Of a DNA stretch of 64,000 nt, positions 50,901-62,900 are shown in pieces; the first letter of the stretch is position 1, and each line of letters begins with the position of its first letter. A model generated the notes under the pieces. It ran no database searches and was not told the origin of the DNA. It worked only from the letters and a program-made list of their open reading frames with translations. The DNA comes from Bugula neritina (lineage: Eukaryota > Animalia > Bryozoa): positions 3,111,680-3,175,679 of the forward strand of contig OZ037767.1 of NCBI GenBank assembly GCA_964035545.1, read 5' to 3'. The position numbers and the translations under genes were made by a program.

Positions 50901-53900
50901 ATATTGTTGTAAATCCTAGTTAACCATAATAAAACTCTGTAAAGTTCCCAATACCCAAGTCTTTATTTACTTAGTAATCAAACTAACATAACAGACATAA
51001 TGTAAAAACAAAGGCATACAAAAATACTGACAGGCAGATAACAATATTTATAGTAACGTGAAAAGCCAAGGAAACAAAAACAGTTCATGACAAAAAAATT
51101 AGAACTTTGGAAAAATTCTAGATGAACAATATAGCGATGCTGGGCTATTACACTAACAATGTTGACGCCATAAAAGTTAGTATAGCTTTAGCTATACAGA
51201 TAGTGAGTGATATGATATTATAGAAGCTAAGTACACATATCATAGTGATGTCATGGTATAAGTGTCAGAACTGCACACAATATGGTGATGTCATACTCAC
51301 AAAGTAGTTGTGTGGACTTCTCTAGCGATACGATAGGACTGCTGGAACGACGATATCAACTTAGGGAGAAGCTTCAGAGAGACTGTAGAAGATCTATATA
51401 TAGAACAGATGAGATATAAGTAAGTAGATAATTTATAGGTATAACAGGTATTGTATTGACAAGTAGGTAATTCATAAATAGAACAGATAGGCTATAATTA
51501 AATGGAGGATCTATAGATAGAATAGATGGGATGTTAAAAAGCAGGTGATCTACATATTTATATAAATAATTATATGATTTACATATAAATAAATAGAATG
51601 ATAACATGATATTAATATATTATTAAAATAAAACTAGCAATGCAAACACAGCACTAATAATAGCACTGCACTATACAGCTATACAACAGGCTACTGAAAG
51701 GGAAAGGCATAGCCTGGGAACCTACCTGTTGTTCTCAATGTTGTTGATGCAGGCTTGTATGAACTGAAGCTTGATGGTGACCGACATGTCGTATGGACAG
51801 AGTAGAACACCGAGCAGCTTTTCTGCTTCATTGGCCAGACCTTCGGGTAGTAACACCTGCAGCAATACATACAGAGCAAGTTTACACAAAGTAAGTATAT
51901 ACAAAGTAAGTATGTATACAGAGTAAGTGTATATGCATTTTAGCAATTACTCCCATAAGGTTTTAATCTACAGATGATTATCTAACTTTATGATCTAAAG
52001 CTTGGTACTTGTAACAAATTACGCAATAAAATATTTTTACGATTAATTTTATTGTAAATTTTTTGCCTAATTAAATATTTCGAATTATACAGATATGTAT
52101 ACATAGCGTACATTAGACATATATACATAGTCAGTATGAATAGAACAAATATAGGGTAAATATATGCAGAGCAATCATATAACCGCATAACATACAGAGC
52201 AAATAAAACACAGAGTATCATATACATAGTAATCACACACAGAGTATTATATACAGAGTATCATACACAGAGTATCATACACAGAGTATCATATACATAG
52301 TATCATACACAGAGTATCATACACAGAGTATCATACACAGAGTATCATACACAGAGTATCATACACAGAGTATCATACACAGAGTATCACACACAGAGTA
52401 TCATATACAGAGTATCACTGCAGACTCTTACCGCCTTGTCCTCCTGAATCAAGTCCCAGAGTATGGTGTGCCCCGGCTCCGTTATCTTAGCAATATCCAG
52501 GTACTTGGCAGCGATAGACAGCTGGTCAGCTAATAGCATGTTCAGCTCTTCGTGCATTGACCCTGAGCTCGATCTCATCCCTTCAATAAGTAGTGACTTA
52601 ATTCAGTATAACAGACAGTACGATACAGATATTATATACTAACTTGTAGCATAGCTTCAGTATTACAGTAGTACACATTCTAATATCACTGAATACTTAT
52701 AAGTATCACACACAATGGAACCAAAGCAACAAAATACTGTTACTGGCTAATCCAACTATAGAAATAAAAAGTCACACTTGGAGCAGATACTCAAGTGTTT
52801 AATCTAAAGATAATGCTAATACTAGTTGAGCCAATCAGATCACAGCTTACATTTACTAGGTGGAGATGGCGGTGTCGTAGGACTGTGCGGACCCGCCGAG
52901 GCAGCGCAAACCTTGGCGCAATTTTTCCGGTTCATTTCGTTGTCGATCCTCTCCAATTCCTCCTCCGACGCATTGTAATCTTCACCGTCAAAGTCGGTCA
53001 TGTTTTTCTCCGACTTGGTAGACCCATCGTGAGAGCTGGCCGGACTGTGAACTCGTTTGACTCCTTCAGATGTGGAGATTCTCTCCAGATCTTCTATGGT
53101 TACAGGGAGACTGGGGTGGAGCAGGACACCACCCTCACCACCTGCGCCTACAGCCATCTGATCCATGGCGCTGTCAGCCTTGGGAGAGGAGAGATAGGTT
53201 CTGGTGATACCAGGTAGGACAGAGGTTGTTGGGCTGGAGCTGTCCTACAAAGAACATAACAAAGAAGATTGAAACAAAAATGTACAATTGATCACAAAAT
53301 TTCTCAGGAACTGAAAATATACATACATGTGCAGTGACAGCAACACTGTAATTGTCAATAGACAATAGACTATTGAGCAGTTTTGACCGGCTAGAATGTT
53401 ACACACGCACTCAGACATGCACACACACAGCTGCGGCTGTAATACTCACCCTTGGAGACTCTTCAGATGGTGTAGGCTTGTTGGTGGATCCTTCGGGTAA
53501 GTCATAGACAATCTGTACCGGGTTTTCAGTACCTCCCATCTGAAACCACAACAAATCTCCTACGGCAACTGAGAACTCATGGAGAGGTCATTGTTAATAA
53601 TAACTGCTGATGCATAACCATTACATTATGAATTGAATAACCAAAGGTGAAGGTCACTATAGATATTCTAAATAAACAGTAAACATGTGACAGACATTGG
53701 TAAGTGACTCACTCTTGAAAGGACGCTCAAAGGCAACGCTCTTTTGGGACGGGAAGGAAGTTGCATATCGCTCTCACTTTCACTCGACTCTTCCGATTCC
53801 TCGTCTGTCGAGCAGACGCTGATCTCTTGATCCATTGATGTCTCCAAGAAATCTGACAACATGTTGATAAATATCTACTGGTGTTAATGGCGGAAGCAGT

Positions 53901-56900
53901 GGGATGCATATATCTATTGATAACACCAGTATACTTCTGCTGTCGCTATTGTGAGGCAGCAATCGCATACTAATTGTAAAAACTCTGCAACCAATATTTT
54001 AGATCCGTTTATCCACTTCCTGTTTAGAAATGCATTCTAATTGTAAATAAAAATAAAAACACAGCACTGTTAGCTTACAGGCAAGATAAATTGAATTTTA
54101 GTAACATCCCACAAGGCATAGCCACTAAATATACATTGATGTTTTAAATCACAACAAAATACACAATATGGCTGCTGGTAAGAGATCCGATTTCTTAAAA
54201 CAGGTAGGTCAATAGGTCCTCAACCTGCAGGTACTGTGAACACACTTACCTGTGCTAGCACCTTTAGCACCGGTTTTCTCTTCTTGACTCTGGATGAGCC
54301 AGAGCCTTTTAGTGAGAGAAGAGAGAAGTAGAAGCGTCTGTTCAGAATGAGAGGGGGGTTCTAGTGACCCCAACAGATCCATGAGATGAACGAGAGGAAC
54401 ACAGGTTAGATGTTTGACTAGTAATATCAGCACATCCTGTACTTGTCTGGAGCAGTGCTTTTGCTATAACAAGGTACATCACATGAGGTAAATACACAAT
54501 CACCTAAACAGTACTACTTTACAGTATTACTACAATATATAGTACTACTACTATTCAGCAACTCTACAATATTACCATAGAGCTTCACTATGCTGTATTA
54601 TTATAAAGTATGACTATACAGTATTACTATAAAATATCACTATACATTGTTACCATTCAGTATTACCATACAGTATTACTATACAGTGTCACTATAAAAT
54701 ATCACTAAAAAGTATTACCATACAGTATTACTATACAGTGTCACTATAAAATGCTGGATAAGTTTCAATGGTTTAATAAAGTAATTTATTGCTATATTTA
54801 TTTTTACATTAGAATACAACATAAACGAAATACTTTTGCTACATGCTATAAGCCTGATTATACACACTACAGCTGGTAGCACACCATAACACAAAGTCGA
54901 TGCCTACCATTCCGGCAGCCCACATGCTGTCAATATGCTCAGCTGTTATCTTCCCCTCGTTTGCGAGAAAGTTCAATACTATTTGGCTTTGTTTGACTAG
55001 TTCGTTGTGGAGATTTGGTCCAAATATGTGTTCTATAATACGATTGGTCACTAACCATTCAGCCAATAACAAACCAGCTCTAAAATATACATTACATAAT
55101 AATTAGTACGTACAATAAAACTCTCAATATAAGAGAATACAACTCTCAATATAAGAGAATACAACTCTCAATGAGACAAAACTCTTCTAAAAAAAAATTC
55201 ACTTGGTCCATCATTGAAGTAATGGAACACAACTGTATCATCTGTTGCCAATAGCAAACACATTTTGAATAGCTATCTGTAGAAATAGTAGAAATAAATA
55301 GGAAAGAATGAGAGTGAAAGTTAAGTGCTTATAGTGTAAAAAGAACATTGCAGAAAATGTTGGTAAAGGAGAGGGAGATAGAAAGAAGAATTAGAGAGAC
55401 CAAAGGGGGAGAGAGGAGGATACAAGAGGGGGAGAAAGGGGAGATTAGAAGAGAGAGGGGAAGAGAGAGGGGAAGAGAGAGGGGAAGAGAGAGGGGAAGA
55501 GAGAGGGGAAGAGAGAGGGGAAGAGAGAGGGGAAGAGAGAGAGAGAGGGGAAGAGAAAGGGGAAGAGAGAGGGGAAGAGAGAGAGAGAGGGGGGAAGAGA
55601 GAGGGGCAGAGAGAGGGGAAGAGAGAGGGGAAGAGGCAGGAGAGGAAATAGGAGAGAGTAGAAGAGAGAGGGGAAGAGAGAGGGGAAGAGAAAGGGGAAG
55701 AGAGAGGGGAAGAGAGAGGGGAAGAGAGAGGGGAAGAGAGAGGGGAAGAGGCAGGAGAGGAAATAGGAGAGAGTAGAAGAAAGAGGGGAAGAGAGAGGGG
55801 CAGAGAGAGGGGAAGAGAGAGGGGCAGAGAGAGGGGAAGAGAGAGGGGAAGAGGCAGGAGAGGAAATAGGAGAGAGTAGAAGAAAGAGGGGAAGAGAGAG
55901 GGGAAGAGAGAGGGGAAGAGAGAGAGGGGAAGAGAGAGGGGAAGAGAGAGAGAGGGGAAGAGAAAGGGGGGAAGAGAGAGGGGGGAAGAGAGAGAGAGGG
56001 GAAGAGAAAGGGGAAGGGAGAGGGGGGAAGAGAGAGAGAGGGGAAGAGAGAGGGGAAGAGAGAGGGGAAGAGAGAGGGGAAGAGAGAGGGGAAGAGAGAG
56101 GGGAAGAGAGAGGGGAAGAGAGAGAGGGGAAGAAATAGGAGAGAGTAGAAGAAAGAGGGGAAAAGGGACATAAAGAGAGTTGTATACTCACGCTATCAGC
56201 TGCTCCCCTTCCTGAGAGTTTAGAGCTTCATTGAACAGTGCCACTTGACCCTTCAGAAATAACAACAGAATAAACAATTCTCCAACAGCAAGCATAGCAA
56301 TCAATTACATGGTGCAACGTCAAACATTAACAGATAAAAACCTTAACATAATCTCTTATGTTTCGAATTTATTTCCTGTTGCATGTGCAGAGCAGTCATC
56401 AAGTGGTAGAATATTTAGCTTAGTGAGTTTAATCTGCACCTGTCAGAATGAGAATGCTGACTTCTCCAGTCAACATCCATTGAAAAGGAAATCAATCAAT
56501 AAGTTATAATAACAGCAGCCACTAATTTAACCCCTCCTTTCCTGAATATGTCAATTATTGGCGTGGAGAGCCATTTAAACATAATATTATTATTACAGTT
56601 AACATTGAAGTCAATAAATAATGAATTTAAAATTACAGTTTGATAATGTTAAGAGATATATAAATATTTATGTACAACATCCAATAAATTAGGAGAACAT
56701 ATAATATTATGCTTAACGCTTACATACAGTATAAATGGAACTCACATTAAGTTGCTGGAGACCAGCTATTCGTATCTTGAGAGTTGAACAGATAAAGTAT
56801 TTATATGACAGTCTCAGATAGTCTCTGTCAAACAGGGCTTTCACCGGACTGGGTTCCTTGATCAAAGACATGACTAGTTCGGTGACGTTCCTACTCCCAG

Positions 56901-59900
56901 CCTGTCTCAGCTGATCATCTGACAGACTACACATGTACCTGCAACACCCCAACACTCAACTACCATTTGACAACTAATCCACTAGTAAACCAATTACTAT
57001 ACTATCATTTCTATTATCTTACTATTCCTATATTACTATTACATTAATATATATACATCTGAATAAATCCTTAGTCCAATTTAACAACAAAAAACCTTTC
57101 CATCAGCGGTTTCTCACAGGGATAGTGACTATAAATTTGTGTGAATTTTATTAATATATTACTGTATTGCTACTATTTTTCAGTATTATGTTTTATTTTA
57201 TGGATCTGAAAGCAGATTCTTTGCACTCGGTGGGTATACTATTTGCTGTAATTGTATGTTTTACAGTAAATTAGGTATTTAGACACCCCACTGCACTCCA
57301 CTAAAGCATGCTATAAACTGGCATTTACACACACATGCCTTTTATCTGATACGTAAAACTCACCTTACTATCGTTGGCTTCAAAGGGAATATATGTGTTT
57401 CTATAGCACCGACTGTTAACCAATGTTTTAGCTACAAAACAAATCATAAAATTATGTAGCAATGAAAAAAATTGATGAAAAAGTGCTACAAACACAATTT
57501 TGAAAGATATTCAAGTATGCTAGCTTTTGACATTCTCTACTCTATATAAACATATGCAGATAAAGTAATCCAAAAACATGGAAGTGGACAACTCCACACT
57601 AATACCAATGTAACCGTACACCAATACTAACAGCATGCTCATTTCCAAAGTTTAGGCCTTGAAATCTAACCTTTATACTTCAAGGCCTAAACTTTGCCAA
57701 ATATCAAACGCCACATGAATTAGTCCTACGCTACAGCTATGACTTAGTCCTACACTACAGCTATGACTTAGTCCTACACTGCAAGAAGTCAAATAAAAAA
57801 TTAAGTGCAAACTCTACCAGTTCTAACAATTGAGCAAGATTTTAAATGTCAATCATTGAAATGCCAAATCAGCGCTCAGTATGTTAGTCTAACTTCCTCT
57901 CTCCCTACTAGTCTGGCAGAAAAACACCAATTTTTGACTTAGGTTTGCACTCCCGGATAAAGTTTTTTTCTCTTCTGATTATTCAAATATAGGGTCTAGG
58001 TAAATGTTTCCAGGAGGGTGTGGACTTCTTACCCTTGAGCATTTTGAGAAATCCAAGATGGCCGCCAGGCACTAGACGATTCTCTATAATTCAAATGTAT
58101 CTACCCGCCGAGGCTAAATTTAAGGTTCCAATGCTTTGAAATCTTTAGAAATTAATATAATAAAGATGCATGTGCCTTTATCATGTGTATTATTGAGTAA
58201 TAGGCAAATGATCCCCAAGGGTAACTAAGCTAAGCCTTAATCATTCATTTTCTTAAGTTTAAACTAGCCTTGCCGTGTTTATAATTTCCTTGCATCTCTG
58301 CATCAGTTTGTTCTAAATTCATGAAAATTTACTGTATGGGGTGATTTTATATGCTGATTACAAATATGTCCAACAAATAAAACTGAAAGGGGTTCTGTAA
58401 AATTGAAATGCAACGTCATTGTCATTTGAGCTAAATAGCAATTTATTTCAAACTAGCATGCCTATCAAAAAGGTTTGTTGAGCTGCCAATTTAATAGTTA
58501 TTTCCAGTTTTAAAACTTTAGCCATGTTTTTAAAGTTAGATAAAAGGGGTCAACAACCTTAATAACACAATACCCTGACTTCTTAACATAATTTAATTGC
58601 TTTATTATTGACACATCATTTATCTAAATATTGACATTTTTGCTTTCGAAAACTACTTCTACTATCAGCACATTTGACTTTTTCTCTAAAAATATTTGTA
58701 AACAGTTTTTTTATGAATAAGAATCCATTTTATGCTGGGGAAAGTAATACATCTATTAGAACAGTGGTTCCCTACCTTTTTCATACCAATCTCCTTTCAT
58801 AAAAGTTTACTATTAATTTCTCCACTTTAATGACCTATGTTCAGTGCAATGGAACACCAAATGGTTGAAACTGATTTGGTAAAAGTAGTTAATTCTACTT
58901 TTGGTAGTTTCCTCAAAATGCTAAATAGAAAAAGTTTTCCCATAATGCACGGGGCCTGAGAATATTGGTGGGAGAGCTGTTGAAGCCAGTCTTTGATGAA
59001 AGTGTAATCACTAGCATGGAGGACCTTGAAAAGATGTTGACCAAGATTTCAGAGAGCTCAAGAACAGCAAAACTGTGGGCCATGTGCTTTATTAGACCAA
59101 TTTTTACCATCAACACCCACATCATAGCTGATAGAGAAGGAGACTGGGCCTTACACCTAGCAATGGAAGAGGAAACGTATTTATATCGGTATAGCATGTA
59201 GGTCATGCCACAAGATGTAAGGATTGAATTCGTGGCTGGTAACCACACAATGCATCATAAACTCGGCCAGCTCGACGGCATCTGGCCGGACATGACCATT
59301 GAGGTGACCTTCGTGAGATTTGGTCACAACAAGGGGGAATCATTGGTATCACCAATAAAACTGAAATTGTCAAGGTGTGGGTGTATAGCACTTCTGCATG
59401 CAACAAGATACAGTAAGGCCTCAGTGACATCAGAGATGAGTCTGAAATAAATGCTTCCACTACTCATAAGGATGAGATGCAATCAAGAAACCAATCTGAT
59501 TCAAAGGACAGGGAGTCTGCCAAAAGGAAGATTGAATTCTGCAATGACTACTCAAAGAAGGATGCACAAGAAATTAAGAAAATGTCCACCAAGCAGGAGG
59601 TTCTGTTATACAAGATGACAATAAAAACTACACTGATGTATGGATATCAGACAGGGCCACTGACTCAAAGACAAGAGAACAAGATAAGTGCAACTGAGAT
59701 GAGAATGCCTTGTCACATTTACAATATAGAGTGGGAAGACCATATAACAAATGATAATATAAAGAGGAGGCCAAAATAAAAGCCATCGCAATAGGCATGA
59801 AGAGAAGACCTCTTCAATAGTATGGACATGTGCGCCGAAGAGATAGGGATGAAGATATTATAATGGTGGCTGAGATGAAGATACAGAGAAAAAGAGGGAG

Positions 59901-62900
59901 GCCAAAGAAAAGGTTAATGAATACAGTGAAGGATGTCATACTGAAATGTGGCCTCTCAGATGAAGATGTTGACGACAGAATCAGATGACACTCTCTGATA
60001 GCACTTGGTGCCCTGCAAAACCACCACCCATCTTAGACCACAGCGTACTAGGTGAGAAAGTCCAAGACAAATTCCTATAATGGACAATTTGCTGCCGTCC
60101 CATGGCCTCTCAGGGTGTGATGTAGTGGCAACAATGTAAAACATTGGAAAGGGAGTCATACTAAATGTCGTGGTAGAAAGAAAGTGTGATTTGGTGACAC
60201 TAGGGCTTTTTTCAGGATTACTATTCATACAAGCTACCAGGTTTATGCTATGTTGCTACGCTTATGCAAAGTGTTCCTCCATGACATCTACAAAACAAAA
60301 GGCTTAGAATACCAAGGTCAGCAATGCTATTTGCGATGTGACTTAAGCTTATGTACTTTGCCTGCTACCGATGAAGCTATTGGACAATGTCACCAGAGCA
60401 CGCCTCCAGGTAGCCATATGAAACTGCGGCATTAAACCCACTAGAACATTGGCGATTTTTTACACTTTAGCTACTCTTGTATATAGATTTTAGCCTCAAA
60501 CTATTGAAATTTTAGCAAATAAAACTGAATATTTTAGGCTTTTTCAATTATGCATGATTTTCTTTGCTTTTTCCTAATTTATTAGTACATTGAGATATAT
60601 TATATGAACCATGATGGTTCACAAATATATATTTAGCTCCTATGACATGACGCTGCACTTATATGTTGCAGGACCTCTTCCCAGTGTTTTTGCTATGCAT
60701 AGTTAAAATCAGCAAATTCTATTACTCTATAATAGCAAGTTTTCATGAATTTTGAGTAAACTTAAAAATTTTTGATCATAATCTGTTGATGTGTGCTAAA
60801 TAAAGTAAAATGGCCTAAATTCATTAGATGCTCCTGTGGAAGCCAACAATCATGCAAAACAACGAGATATGGCTGTTCTAGTACATATCTATCCCATGCA
60901 CAGAGTTCTCTCCTTGTGAAGCAGTAACAGGGGTGTGCTGCAATGAACTAACATGTCTAACAAATGCTAATGATAGAAAAAAATGAGAAAGGTGCTTAAT
61001 ATGAACATGAGCAAAAGTTTGTCACATCTGTTTGATTATATATATGTTCCATTTTAATTTTAGCTGAGCAATATGCCTCTATCTTTTTCACTTTTTATTC
61101 ACTGGCAATGAGCAATGTTTTTCTTTATATATCTGTCCAAACAATTGTTCAAAAACCTTGTATCATTTCTCTGCACCATATGTGATGTTTTATTGAAGCA
61201 ATTCCGATTTTTGAGCTGAACAACATGTCTCTTGGCTCTTTACTTTGATTAATTTTGCAAGCTGGCATGGCACATATTCATTCCAAAATTGCACATCTAT
61301 TTGAATCATTAAAAAACTTTTGTTTTTGCAACATAATATAGACTTTATGCCTATTAGATGACGACTTTTTTCATAATTGGCGGCCATCTTGGATTTCTCG
61401 AAATGCTCAAGGGTGGCGGGTCCACACCCACCTGGAAATATTTACCTGGACCCTCAAGATAAATAATCAAGAGAGAAAAAAACTTTATCCGAGGTTGCGA
61501 ACCTAACCCCCAGTTCTGCCAGACTATACCAGAATCCTAATAATAGTTTAAAAGCTAAATATATATAGAGAACTTGAGTACATGTTCAATTAACCACAAG
61601 GAAGCTATAAAAGGACAGCTGTAAATTTGCTAACACAATAAATACAACAAGGACAGTAATCATGAGTTCAAGTGCACTTTTATCAATAAGAATCAAATAA
61701 CCAATAATTAGATTACATAAGAAGGCATAGACAACAAGAGAGTATTTAATAATTCTGACACAAAGAAGTTGTACGATCTAGAGATGAGATAAGAGTTTCT
61801 CAATGAATAAAATGGTCCCATACTCTGCTTTTTGAAAATAAGAAAAGTTTCACAAAGCCAAACATCAGCATATAATTATTCTAAGGTAAAGGCAAGCAGG
61901 TGATGTAAAGCAAATCGGTTGCATCATTGTCTACACAGCTGGTGTCAGTATGCCAGACAGACAAATAGCTCTAAGTATTCTGCAATTAGGTAAATTTTAC
62001 TATCTTATAAAAGCTGGGTGTTAGTAAACAGCGCCTGTGGTTTTCATAAGCTGGTTAATCTATTGGAACTTGATCACACATTATACTAAAATAAACATTG
62101 TCAAAGAAGCCATGGTAAATTGAAAACCCAAAGCAACTACAAATGCCAGAAACATTTTAGTAGATACATAATTCCTAACCCAAAAGTCAATAGACTTTGA
62201 GCAAGTTACAACTAAATAAGTTCTACGTGCACTGAATATGTTTCAATCAGGAAGGAAATGCAAGTGCTTACAGATAGGAGCTATATGTTTGTGGTAAGGA
62301 GTCTAAGAGGTAAGTAGAGTGAGTAAGTAAGAGCTACATGTCCATGACGTAGTAGGAAGAAGTTGAGTATCCAGTCAATACACACCCTTACTAGTAATTA
62401 CCAGAAACTGAGTTAAATGAAAATAGAGAGGAAAAACTGTTGTATCTCTGTCAGCATAAAGTATATATATTGATATGATATTTTGATATTGATATGATGA
62501 TATTGATATGATATATTGATATTGATATTGATATGATGATATTGATATGTTAATATTGATAGATATGTTAATCGTCTTTAGCTTCAGTTTTTCAAGTAGA
62601 AGAGAAAACATAAATACTACATCTAGCTAGAAAGAAGAACGGATCTACACTAGCACAACTAACTACCCAATACATTGGTTGCAGTATACCAGTAGCCGTG
62701 ACTTACATTAGATAGGAAATGTACAATGTGACTGAGTAACGGTATGGACAGTCTGTGGGAATACTCTTCAAAGCACTTTTTAATAGCCTGAGGCCCACCG
62801 GAATCACAAAAGAAACAGACATTTCTCAATAGCATGACCGACAATGAGTCAGGGTCCTGTAAAGTATAGCATAGGAAACTCAACTCAGGAATACAACGTG

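Noticed and set aside
55329-56191. Long SLFP-, SPLS- and GRER-repeat ORFs
   Set aside because: Produced by a 12-nt purine repeat inside an intron; the flanking USP34 exons join without them.
58762-58873. CAGTGGTTCCC start resembling a hAT-type MITE inside the Academ element
   Set aside because: The right end is too degenerate and no 8-bp target duplication is visible.
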